From Oikopleura dioica (taxonomy: Eukaryota; Animalia; Chordata): DNA of 64,000 nucleotides. Shown piece by piece: positions 1 to 12,300 of the stretch. Numbering within the stretch: position 1 is the first letter of the stretch; each line of letters opens with the position of its first letter. A program made the position numbers and the translations under genes. Under the pieces are notes generated by a model. The model had not been told where the DNA came from. It searched no databases and worked only from the letters and a program-made list of their open reading frames with translations. The stretch is from positions 1,798,001 to 1,862,000 of the forward strand of contig OU015566.1 in NCBI GenBank assembly GCA_907165135.1, read 5' to 3'.

Positions 1-116
1 GCTTGAGAATTTGTCTTTACAATTTATGTCTCAAAAATAACATGATGACACCCTTATTCAATCTTTCAAAAAAAAATATAATCAGTGGCGTCATTTTAAG
101 GAAGTGGGGTCATGGG

Positions 117-241
117 GGAAAACCGACAGAAAATTTAAAAAATTTTGCGTGGGCGGCTGCTGATTGGCCGGTTTCCAAAATCCAGGCTTCTGATTGGTTG
201 AAAAATTTGACAAAAGACTTGTGGGGATTTTTGTCGGTTCC
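117..241. mobile_element. MITE-like dispersed repeat (GGAA-ACCGACA...TGTCGGTTCC termini) carrying two CCAAT boxes
   Basis: Terminal inverted repeats. Close relatives at 20960-21086 (reverse), about 53768-53899, about 49740-49878 and about 7560-7641. Confidence 0.65.
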
Positions 242-448
242 TTTAATTTTTACTCAATATTTTCGAGTTACCTTTTTAAAAATTGATATTAAATTCTCTT
301 TGAAAGAAGTTTTTTCAGACTAACAGAAAATAAATTCGAAGAATAGGCCATTGGATCTGAAAATATATGTACAAGTGCTAATCGGGCGGATAAACCGAAT
401 TATTGGGCCGAAGGTGTTTCCCTATCTCACATGATTTGGTCCGTCGTG

Positions 449-1355
449 GAGGGGGGAGAATGGCGTTACCAAAAAAATTTTTCGTAACCGTTACCAAAAT
501 TTTGGTAACCGTTACCAAAATTGGTAACCATTACCAATATTTTTTCCTTTTCTTTTAAGCGAAAAACCAGAGAATGGCGTTACCAAAATTAGTAACGGTT
601 ACCAAAAATTGGTACCGGTTACCAAAAGGAAGCTTCTCTCAAAATCAGGCGCGGAGCGAATTCAACCTTTAATTTCGGGATTTCTTTGATAAAGGACCTT
701 TTAAATAATTTTTTTCCGGATACCCTCCTCGGTTCGCCGGGATTTGGGCCAGAAAGTGTGTGATGGTGAAAAGAATTCGAGAAAATGAGGACGAGCCTGT
801 AATCGTTCATTAAATACTTTTTATAAATAAATGTTAGGGTAAGGGGGCACTGGGCAAAATGACAGAAGAAACTCACCCGAGGGGGATAGGCTAGGGTTAG
901 TTAGGGTTACTGAAGGTCACCCTAAGTAACCCTAGACTAGACCCCGGCATCTTAGGCCCGAAGGGACGGAGCCCCGAGGTAAGGGACACTTGGATTTGAT
1001 AATTTCAAAAAAAATTTTTTTTTTATTTCTTTTTTATTTTATAAAAAAATTAGGACCAAAAAGTCCCGGCGAACCGAGGATGAGGGAAAAATTCCGGCGA
1101 ATCGAGGGTCATCCGTTTTTTCTTTAATAAGGGTTAGTAACGAATTCGGGACTTCTGCGATCTGACATGATTAAAATGATAAAAAACAACAAAGCCCGAG
1201 TTCTAGAGACCCTTTTTCTTATTTTTTCCATTTTTGAAATAAAGAATTTTCCGGAGAATGGCGTTACCAATTTTGGTAACGGTTACCAATTTTAGTAATG
1301 GTTACCAATTTTTGGTAACGGTTACCAATTTTGGTAACGCCATTCTCCTACTACC
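449..1355. mobile_element. Non-autonomous TIR element, MULE/foldback-like
   Basis: TIR core GGAGAATGGCGTTACCAA at 455 and its reverse complement ending at 1348. 9-bp direct repeat TCCGTCGTG at 440-448 and 1356-1364. Subterminal GGTAAC/GTTACC arrays. Internal inverted repeat about 720-745 / 1062-1090. Confidence 0.7.
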
Positions 1356-3369
1356 TCCGTCGTGACTGTTAATTTCGTACGTACTCGGCTTTTGAGGCAA
1401 AAAGTGCACTTCTCGAGCGCTTTTCTTGTTCACTCATTTCTCTTGAACTTCTTCTCGAGCTCATTAAAGATCTTGTGGAAGAAGAAAATTTGCAGCGACC
1501 TTCAAAAGGAACTCTCGGAGGTCTCATTGTCATTTTTTTCAATTAGCCGAAAGTAAACTCGAATTACAAGATTTTCCCTCTCAAAAAATGGAGAAATAAA
1601 TCTTCCCGGGAAAGGAAAAAGAAGGAGGGATGAAACGGAATAGGGAGAAGGCTCAATATGACAAGGATCGGGTAGGAATATGAGCTTTTTAATCAAAACA
1701 GATAATTTAGGATGATAAATAGAAAGAGGCAAATAAAAATTTATAGAAATCAGCATTTTTTAAAGAAAATATTTTGTGATTTATTCGATTCAAGTATTGA
1801 AAAAATCGAGCATTCAAAAATGCTTCTATCGAGATTTTTGCCTTGAATTTTTCTCAAATAAGCAACTTGACCCCCTTAAATTTTCATTTAAAGACTCTCA
1901 AATAGATATTTTCCGATACAGTAGCTCTGAAGAATTTCTATAATTGAAATGACGAAAAAAGTGTATAAGAAAATTCATTTGAAGACTCTTTTCATTTAAG
2001 CTTCTCACTCCCTTAATTTTATTTCCGAGTACCTTTTTCTAGTGCTCCTAGCACTTGGTGGCGCAGATAACTTTGGACTGTCATACAGTCTGATATTAGT
2101 ACTTTCATCTTCATTAGCTTCTCTCAGCCAATTAACTGTATCACAAATCCACTGCATTTTTTCTAGTTTTACAAAGGCTCTTTAAATTGGGGTCTTGTTT
2201 AAACTTGTTTTTGCTTAGATAATCAGAAAAAATAAAATATCGAGCTTATGTCAAACGCAGTTAAAGCAATATATCTTCGGATAAAATATATCTTGGCAGG
2301 CCATAATGTGCCCAAAGCGGACAGGTCTCGCCCCGAGCCCGGGGGGAGTTCTCAATTTCAAGCGACATTGGCGCTGACAGAGCTTGACGGGAGAGGAGCA
2401 CACGCGCGACAGGGCGAGTTTTCTTCTGAACAACGGCTAATGGATGAATAATTTCGCGCTTGATAAGTTCATTATGGAATTTGGGATTTAGTGGCAATTT
2501 TGTCAAGAAGACCGGAAAAAAGGCTATGTTTATTTTTTTTATTTTTTGTTAGGCTTAGAGTAGACCCTTAGTATAACGACGTTTTTGATTGGGCAATCCC
2601 AGAAATACTGGTTTTTGATTGGCTAACTTTCCCCATCAAATAAATTTAAGTCATCTCTTGAATTTCTAGAGTTATTTTAACAAGAATTTTTAGGGACATA
2701 AATTTTAAAATTCAAGAGTCGAAAATAAAGTTCCCACTGCGGCAGCATCCAGTCGTATCTTACATTTGCCTATTTATCGTCGATAAATTATCGAACATCC
2801 TAGGAGTACTAGTCTGCCCACCCATTATGAATAATTCATGCTTACACCGAGCCTTAATTGACCTCATGTCCAATAATCCGTAGTCTGACAATGCGTTTAT
2901 TGTCTTACTGTAGTTCATTATTTTCCTGGACTGTTAAATAACTACAATTCCATATTTTATTGCCCGTCATTATTTTTATCTTTCTGGATGTCCTTCTTTG
3001 TTGAGCCTTTTTCTTATCAATCAGCTCCCGTCAAAAGCAAATCGATTCTTTCAAATTTTGGAGGGCTCAAATTAAGATCAAGCCCGCTAAACATATTGGA
3101 CAAGTGACCGTCTTATACATTGCCGCAATATGGACCTACACCCTGTCTTCTGTCTCATGAATCAAGATTTACAAAATGCTCATCTTGATTATTTGTTGAA
3201 ATAATTTATTTCGAGTAAAAAGGGGATTATTTATAACCTCATTTTTACAACCCAAAAAATGATTAATAAAGGCAAAATAACTTTTTTTATATCATCTTGA
3301 CGCAGTAGCCGAGATATTGTATCTCTGATTAAACAATTTAAGGGTTCAAGAGATACAGTTAACCAAAGA

Positions 3370-5540
3370 ATAAAGGAAAGATTGAGGATCTCCCCGCCGC
3401 TATTTGGAAGATTATCCAGAATCGTTGATTCCGAAGCGATTTTTCTGTTTTGCCCCAAAATTAAGGGTTTCAACCCAATATCCTTGTTTGAAAAAGTCGT
3501 TTTTATTTGAGGAAGTCCTTAAACTTACGTTTGTAAACGATCATCTTCAAAAGTCGGCGTTGGAGGCAGTTGAAGGTCGGCAATGTTGAAGTCGTATTTA
3601 CTCGTCTAAAATTTGATAATGAGTCATTCTGATTTTAAAATTTTGATGACTGAAATCTCTTTTTAAAAAAACCGGTCTAGGAGAAGGCGTTCTCGATCGC
3701 TTCGGATGCAAATTATTGAGCGTTAATTTGGCGCGTCCGACTGATTTCGCGATGCTTGTGAATTTGGCTTTTGATCGACCAAGGATTGGCATTTCCGAAA
3801 CTGTTTTCGTGTCTTCTTCGTTTTCAGGAGGGCGAGGAGGGATTTCTTCGCCGACAATGTCTTTTTCGGAGGATTGTTGGCGAGATACTCGACGGACGAC
3901 GTCGTCCATCATTGAAATCATGGAAGACTTTTCTGGATTCAAGAGAGGGCTCAGTTTTAAAGGGAAACCTTCGAAACTATTCTGCATGCAGAATAGTTCT
4001 GCAAAATGCAGAATAGTTTCGTCGGAAAAAGGGCTGTTTTCCGACGAAATAATTCTGCATGCAGAATAGTTCTGCATATAAGAAAAACGACTTTTATCAA
4101 AGGAGGCGCGAGAGTAGAGAAAGTTGGCCACCTTCAGAAATGAGTTCCCTACCAGAATTTGCGCGCAAGGGCCGTAGGCCCGCTGCGTGCTTCCAAACAG
4201 TGAAATTTTGTCTCTAAATGAAGATCTTCTTTTCAACACAATGCAGAATAGTTCTGCACTTGTGCAGAATAGTTCTGTATTTTGCAGAATAGTTCTACAT
4301 TTGCAGAATAGTTCTGCATTTGCAGAATAGTTCTGCATTCAGCAGAATAGTTCTGCGAAACGCAGAATAGTTCTACTTTTTGCAGAATAGTTCTGCATGC
4401 AGAATAGTTTCGACCCCCTCCCGTTTTAAAGGGGGGTTCCCTTAACTGGTTCGAGTCGAAAAAAAGTGGAGCTCAATTATTGAATCCGAAATGAAGTGAA
4501 TTGTAGTGTTCAGAATGCGATCGATCTTGATCTTTGTTTCGAATAAATCATTTCGACTTCTAATCCTTACTTATTCAGGGCATTTTCTTTGAATCCTGTT
4601 CAAGTCGATAAATTTTTTATGCATTCGAAACAATTTCCCTTCGCTCTCTGATTTCTTGCGTTGGGGCGATGTTCCGACTTTGCTGTGCGATCGTTCCATC
4701 AAAACCGCACGCATTGCTTCTCTCCACGGGTCTCAGAATTAAAAGTTGACGAGTTCAATTTCTCGATCAAAAGATGAACTTTTCATTCTGGACCAGACCT
4801 TTTCACCGGATCTGAAACATGGCTGCCTGTACTTTTTGTTCGCGGCCGTTTCATGGGACTGTCTTTAGGAGAGTTCCGTTTCTGGTGGAAAATTTTGTTA
4901 GGGTGAAGGTTAGGGTTAAGGTATAAGTGATATAAGAATTTAGTCAAAAGCTATTATTTGACAGGTAAGTCAATAAAAGTTGAGTTTAAATGCGTCGCCC
5001 TAATTGTAAAGCAAATCTTTTCTTAGACCAATCAAAAGAAAGTATTTCTCTAAACAGCCAATCAGAAAGCCGTTTTTCAAAAATCGAATCAATAAAAGCT
5101 TATCAGTCAAACTGCTCAAAGCTGGAATAAAAAATCACGCTAACCCTAACCCTAACCCTAACCCTAACGAGAGTATTTTCATCCTCAATTACTCTTTATG
5201 GTTACCCTAGACTAACTAATGACATTAGGTTTTGGAACTTATCTTGAGAACAACTCCGAGGACGATTTCCACTGAAAATATGACTTTCAGAATATCTTTT
5301 TTTCGGAGTCAAAAAGCCATTTTCTTTTCAATGAGATTCTCTTCCTTGATTTCATTATCTCTTTCTCTCTTTTAAAAGACTGTTGTTTGCTATTCGAGCG
5401 AAATTGACTCCTCGCCTGTAATGATATTGTGGTACTGAGCGATCATCATAAGCTGTTCGCATGACAGGTATATCTTTGTCGAGCCCTGCTCGTTTCTGTG
5501 ACAGCTTCTTCCAAAGTGCTAAATTATGCAGCTCGTCCAA
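3370..5540 (-). CDS. Probable multi-exon gene of unknown function (boundaries uncertain)
   Basis: Exon-like blocks MDELHNLALWKKLSQKRAG..., DPWREAMRAVLMERSHSK, MMDDVVRRVSRQQSSEKD... and TSKYDFNIADLQLPPTPTFEDDRLQT followed by a GTAAG donor. No family motif recognised. Confidence 0.4.
3957..4445. mobile_element. MITE with internal tandem array of a palindromic GCAGAATAGTTCTGC unit
   Basis: TCGAAACTATTCTGCATGCAGAA near 3972 is the reverse complement of 4391-4412. Ends are TTAA(A)GGG...CCCTTAA. About 9 tandem copies at 4242-4410. Confidence 0.6.
5140..5168. repeat. Interstitial telomeric repeat (CCCTAA)n
   Basis: About 4.5 units of TAACCC. Similar tracts at 6711-6730, 53918-53934 and 57350-57375. 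Confidence 0.85.
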
Positions 5541-6836
5541 ATGCTTGTCTTAGCCAAGTTAAACTGCTCTTTCTCCACGATTTTCAACAAATTTATATTC
5601 TCTTATGAATTTTCAATGAATTAAGCCCCTCTGGTCCTATTTTTTTGAGTTTTTTTTTCAAAAAACTACGCAAAAATTCAGAAATTTCTAATCAATATGG
5701 TAAATCTCAGAAAAAAAGCTATTCTTCAGCAGCTTATTGAGACGTTGTATATTTTTCGTCATGAAAACGTCATTTTACGCCTCGAAAAAAGGGACGAAAT
5801 TAATAAAAAAGGCCTCAAAAACAATAAATTATGCATAAAATGTGTCTTCGGCCCCCTTCACACCAATTTTTTTATCTAATTTGCGATCGAAAATGATACA
5901 AATAACTTATTTGAAATAAGTTAAAATTCGCCGAAAATTCGGGCAAAAAATTACTTTCTAGGGACATTTTTTTTCCTAATTCTGATTCAACAGGGGACAA
6001 AATGCTCAAATCTGATTAAAATTATATCTGAGATAGGGTTGAGTCAAAATTTTCGCAATTTTTTTTGTCTAGTAAATCTTACTTCGCAAATTTTGAAATC
6101 AAAAGTTTTCGTCTTACCAACTCATTTTCAGAAAATTTAATCAAGATTCTCTTCGACCATAAAAGGAGAAGGTTTCAAAGTTTTTATCAAAAGAAGGTCA
6201 AGATTTGAGAAAGATTTGTTTCTTCTGAAAGCTTGAGGAAACGATCAATAAGATTAAACTCGGAGTAAATCCGTCTTGTGGACAATTTAAAGTAGTCTGA
6301 TTCAGACTTGATCATCAGATAGATATATTTTAAGATTATTGTGACCCTTTTTTAAAATCGCAACTTTCCTCACTTCATTCTCTTCATAATTCATTTTCTT
6401 TCAATTGGAGGCTCTCAAAAATGCTTAAATCCGTATTCTTCGTATCCTCCTATCCTAATTACTGGTTTTCGCTCGGGCCGGAGCTCACATGTGCTCTTCA
6501 ATTATTCCGTGAAAAAGGGCAAAGTGTAATTAACAAATAAGATATTATTAATTATCCAGAGAAGTGCGAGCACAGGCACCTGTATTGATTCTGCCCCGTT
6601 TCTTCTTTTCTTGTTTTCTCTGATTCTGGCATTTTCGATTTCTCTCCGCGAAATGAATAAGGGCATACTTTCGTACAAAATTGAAGGCGGGAAAAGACTG
6701 ATAGGAGGGTTTGGGTTAGGGTTAGGGTTAGAACTTTGTATTGGATGGCCTTAGGTTATGGAATAGGGTGGGCAACAGGTTTATATAGCCTATATAATAT
6801 AAGGAAATTATCTCGGCTCTGATTGGCCGAATCAAC

Positions 6837-9100
6837 TCATACAAGCCTCTTATTGGCCGAGACGTCCTCCTTCAATCTTCTTTTAGAATTTTGCTTATGG
6901 AAAGAGATAAGGGTTTTTGAAAAGTGAGAAATTTCAGTCATCAAAATTCAAAAGTCAGAATCAATCTTACTGTGCTACAGTCTTTATGCGACAACGCTTT
7001 CGTCAGGAATCCAAAAATTGCCATCAAAAATGCTCCAAGCAAACATCCAACAATGGCGGCTGAAATTTTGATTAAATTTTTTTTTTAAGAATTTGGTTAT
7101 TTACTGCAAAAATGACTGAAAATCCCAAAAAAACTCGTGATAAATTACCTGAGTAGGGTTCCAAATCATCGATAATCGCAATAAGGCCTGTATCAACCAT
7201 GGGATTGATTGTAGCTGCTCTCTTACTCGGTGCCATTTTTCTCGTTTTTGCAGAAAAAAAATGCCTGATGGAATTCTGTAATCGCAATGTATGGTCAAGC
7301 CACGTATTCTTGCGGTAGAAATTGGCCTGAAAAAACAGTATCGAAAGAGGACAGCGCGCGCTGAATTAACTATTCAGGAATATTTCCGCTTTTCTCGCGA
7401 ATAATGCATACTGTTTTTCTGCTCGGCCACGTTTATTCATTGCCCGATCCAATTTGTGGAGTCAAGACCTTTTTATTTCGAAAGGTCAAATCGAATTACG
7501 ACTTGATGATTTCAAATTGAACATTCTCTGAAAAAAACCTTATTTAATTTCTACTGTATTAAATATATCCGCAAGAAAAATTTCGCAAATTTTGATTGGT
7601 TGAAAATTTTCTCGCGAATTTCGTCGGAATTTTTCGGTTCCTGAATTTTATTCAGGTTTTTTTATATTTTTTAATTAATTTTTTTTATATTCTATTTTTT
7701 TATTAAAAAAGGCACCATGATGAGGATAAGGGTTGTACAGTAGAAGCTGATCTGATGCAGAAAATTTTGATGACTCATTCGACATTGAAACTTGCAAAGA
7801 CGAGAAGAATATTATCCGCAATTCTCGACCAAGAACGCGACCCTGGACATCGTCGTAGGTAGATAAAGACGATGTCGAGGGAGAAGTCGAAATGCTGCCG
7901 AGCAGTGGTCCTGGTGTTGATTGCTTCGATTTCCGGAATGATTCGTTCTTGAAATGAAAAAAGGGTTGATGATGTGGAAATCTTACCTGGAACGGGTCTT
8001 GATGATGGACTGGCGCATGGTTTGTCTTCCTTGATGGATTCGATCAGTGAATTGTAATATCCATTGACTCGGCGGGTCAGGCGAATCGCTCCGTTTCCGG
8101 TGAAGGTATGCAGCTGTACGTAGTAGACCAACTAAAGTCTTTGAGCCCAAGAGTCAAAAAAAGAAGTCACTTACCTTGACTCGTAAATAATTGAGCAACT
8201 CAACCACATCTCTCAAATTATAAGTGTCGATTTCAGATACCCAGTCGAGTTTGAATCCTGCTCCGTTTTCGGTCCGATCTGCATCGAAACCGATGTAGAC
8301 TTTGCTCGAAAACATGTTGTAGGGAACATCCCAAATGAGCATTTCCGGGGTATTTCGAGGGTTCCAAGCGATTTTTCGTAGTGCATCGTATGGTCTTTTT
8401 TGGTTTCAAATCGTTTTAATCCAACAGTTTATTTATGGCTAATTTTAACTGATTGTTTAACGCAGTCAAGAATAATGCGACAGTTAAAAGCTTGAATTTT
8501 CAATAAAACAGTGAATTTATCGTTTCTTAAAAAAAAATTTTCTAGAAATTTTTGAATCCAATACTGTCATGATGATGTTTTGGACCGCACAATCTTGCCA
8601 TTCTTACATTTGAAATTCCATCAATAAGATGAAGCTTGTCATATCCGCATTGCCTTGAATTTCGTTTTTACAATATCGAAAAAAAATCTAATTCTACCTG
8701 TGATACTCAATATCAAAGCCGTAGGACTTGTCAAATTTCAGCATGATGTTCTGGTCATTTTCCGCCTCAATCGTCCAGAGACAGTGAGTCAGGCCATCAT
8801 ACAGGGTCGAGTTCAGAATAATCGAGCCTGCGTTCCCTGTCAGGGTCATTTTACATTCCTGAGTGCACAATTGCGGCGCTAGAAGACACCTCGGCCAATC
8901 GTACAAATATCGCGGCTGGTGCAAAATATCGTTTCCGCGTTTTCTCGAAATTCCGGGATTTCGCCTTTCTCTCGTTGTTATTTCTTGAGCCAAATTGCTG
9001 CCAAAGAGAAAATAGAAGAATTTCATTTTGACGAACTTAGTTTCACTTTTTGGAAAATGAAACCTGGGAAGTGCCTTATCGAAAAACATAGAACCGAGAG
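6837..9100 (-). CDS. CUB-domain single-pass membrane protein (multi-exon, start uncertain)
   Basis: CUB motifs CKMTLTGNAGSI..CLWTIEAENDQNIMLKF, QCGYDKLHLIDG..RLCG and GFDADRTENGAGFKLDW. C-terminal TM segment AAIVGCLLGAFLMAIFGFL. GT-AG introns keep frame. Confidence 0.75.
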
Positions 9101-9334
9101 AGCGCCACAAAATTTTATCAAAATTTTTTGTGGTTCAAGAGATGACGTTAGAAGGGTTGAGAATTTTTCGGGCATAAGAGTGTAAGTTTTTTATACAACA
9201 CGATTGAGGTGGTGAAACAAGACTTCTTTAGTTTTAGACAAAGAGCTTACATTTGCTTCACATGAGAACCTCTCAAACTGAAGATTGGTCGATTTTTATT
9301 TTTCTTTATTTGCATTTTTACAGTGAATCGTTTT

Positions 9335-12300
9335 TTATACATCTTGGCTTGAATTTTCTGAAATTTTCGTGGTTCTTCTTGGTTCAGAAACTGATTTTGA
9401 CGATGCTGTGTTTCTTCGACTTTTGGATTCTTCCTCGAGTTCCTCTAGAATTTCCGGCATCATGACGAAGGATTTTCTGATCTCGCTTCCGAAGTCTGTT
9501 GGAATGCTCATCGATCTATTCTGCTGCACTCTCCTGAAATATTTTGATAAAAAAAGGAGGAGATTTGTAGTGCTTATTCTATTGTATGACTTTTGCAACT
9601 TCATTCTGAAAGCGAGCTTGCCCTTGGCGCGCGAAGAGCGCATGCGGCGCACTGTACCTGACCAATACAGTACAGCGAGACTAGCCAAGCAGCGAGCGCG
9701 CAGGTGCTGTAAAAACCAAACTCCTCCGTTTTCCGTGCTCCTCCTTGGTTTTTAATGCTCCTCCTCGGATTTCGAAGCTCCTCCACGAAATTCCGTCATT
9801 GTCCACGGATCTCTATATAAACCGTTCACTGTGCACACATAATTAATCACACTCCCAGAGATAAACTTGAGTGATCCGCTATCAAACACCCCATCAGTAG
9901 AATTAATGATTTCGATGAACTTTTCTTCTAATTTACAAACATTGATTATCTAGGGAAAATTTACAGGGTTGAAAAGTCCGGCCATGATCACAAAATGATT
10001 CATATTGAATTTATCAGAATGATAAACGCTCAGTTGGGCGAAATGCCTTTATCGGTTCACGAAAGGAAATGTGGCGCGGCGTTTCGTTTCTTGATTTTGC
10101 TTACGCGCTGATTTTCATTTCAAGAATCGGTGCGGACGAATCTTGATTCACTCATTTTGGAACCACTTTAGGTTTTTCGTTTTCAGCAGAGTTGGCAAAT
10201 TAGCACTCCATGTCTTTCGAGGAAATTCGAAATCAACTGCGTGAAATTGAAGAAAATCATGAAAAAGAGATAATGCAGCTTCAAATGGAAAAAGACGATT
10301 TTGCCCGAGAAACTCTTCGCCGCTCAGTCAGCCTTAGCAACCTTGAGGTAAATATTTATGATTGTATCAAGTAAAATAGTGAATATACGAAAATTTCTTT
10401 TCGTTTATACGAAAAATAAAAGTATTCTTTAGGGTGCTTACAAAAACGCGCTCAAGCTGCAAGAAAATTTAGAAAAAGAAAATTCGGAGTTGCAGATTGA
10501 AAGGACCGAGCAGCAAAAAGCAATGACGAAGTTGAAGAAAGAAAATGCCAATCAGCAAAAAACAATTACGAAGTTGGAGGAAGAAAAGGCCGTGCTGCAG
10601 CAAAAACTGTAAGAATTCCATTTAAAAAATACTAATTATTCTTAAGAGCTGCGTATGCTTCCTTCGATGCCTTTATGAAGATGCAACAAGAAAATGCTGT
10701 GAATAATGCTGTGGCAGAAGCCGTAAGTTTGATATAAATCTAAGGCTAGGAATTTAATTACTTGCTTCAGTTGATGAAACAACGAGCTGCTACGGAGCGA
10801 GAAAAGGAGGTCGCGAGAGAAGCAGGAAGAGATGAAGCGGTTAGTCTCTTAGAATTTTGTTTGATCTGTATGATTTCTTCAGTTTCGAGGCATGGCGAAT
10901 GCCTGCATGGAAGAAGGCCCCGAACAAAAATCGCGACGAAAGAAAGCTCGACGAGGCACTGAGCGACGCTAAGCGGCGGTATTCAGTTACTCCTAAAATT
11001 TAGATTGTTTGAAAATAAAAAAAAAATATTTCTGTCAAAACTTTCTCGTTCTTAATTTCAGATAAGAATAGATAAAGAATACTCAGCAGGGCATTCTGTT
11101 ATCTGAGCTGGTGGTCCAAATGCAAAAGCCGCAGTTTGCATTGTTTGATTTCCAACTTGAGCAGATCCACGTTTTAAAAATCAGGGTTTTCAATTTCGGA
11201 TATCCGTCGATCCGCTCGTCAAGTACAGCTAAAATACAGTCATTCTGCTTGTAAGAGTGAAATAAATGTAGATCTGCGTTTAGCATCTCCGACTTGTTTT
11301 AAGAACAGAACGGTCGAGTTCATTTTCGATACAAAAATTTTTCGGAGCATTATTCATGTTTGTTTGGAAACAGGGATATTACCAAGGAGGAGTCTGTAAT
11401 TTCGTTAGCTTGAATAGTGTTTACGAAATTTCAACTCAGTAAACACGGCTGGCCCGCTAATTCAGTTCCCCTTTTTTCGTGAACTTGGAAAATCGCTTTG
11501 ATTCGGGCTATCTACTCTTTAGACAAGAGAGGGAATTAATCCTATGGCTTAATATTTCTTATTATCCTCTCACGGCCGCCGTCTGATAATGTCCAACGTG
11601 AGCCAGTTAACCTAAGCTGCAACAATCGCATGATTCTCGGGCTCTGATCCGCTGCGGGAAATCCGAATTCGGGCGATCTTTTCTTTCTTTTTCACACCAG
11701 GTTCGTTTTTTTCGTAAGAAAAGGGATGATTTCGCAAGATCAGATGCACTAGTTTTGTATTTAGAGAAATAAACTGTGCTGTGCACTTGTTCTTGCGTAT
11801 TCAGAAAGCGAAAATATTATGGGCGCGGTTTGTCATGGAACGGATCACTGTCAGATTATCCAACAGTATACCAATGATGGTGGCAGTTACTAGTAAATTC
11901 TGCCGCGTTCGGCCTCCTTTAGACGGCTTGTTTGCGCCTTAGAAGCTATTTCTCTCTTTCTGTCTATTTCCTTCAAACTGCAGTTTTTCGAATTCGTCCT
12001 TTTTGCGCGATTTAGAATCGAGACCGCTTCCCGAGATTTCACACTATCGCCTTGCTGCTCACCTGCGCAAGATTGAGGTGAATCTCAATCTTGCATCGGG
12101 TCTAACCCTAAGCTGCAGAAAAGAAAAAAGAGAATCTTCTGCGGTTTGTTTATCATTTTTTTTGAAAAAATATCAGCAAGCTTGAATTGCAAATTTTCTG
12201 AGAAGCAGTTTGAACTTCGAAGACGGCAACCTTTCAACACGTAGCTGCATTGCAACAAAATTCTGGGCATTTAATCAACACAACAACTTCAACTTGCTCC

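Noticed and set aside
3598-4338. 246-aa ORF as a single protein with N-terminal repeats
   Set aside because: The N-terminal half is translation of the MITE tandem array. Only the part below about 3930 looks like an exon.
9369-9786. ORFs 9369-9755, 9601-9786, 14801-15025 and 14871-15056 as genes
   Set aside because: They are incidental frames through the duplicated LTR sequence.
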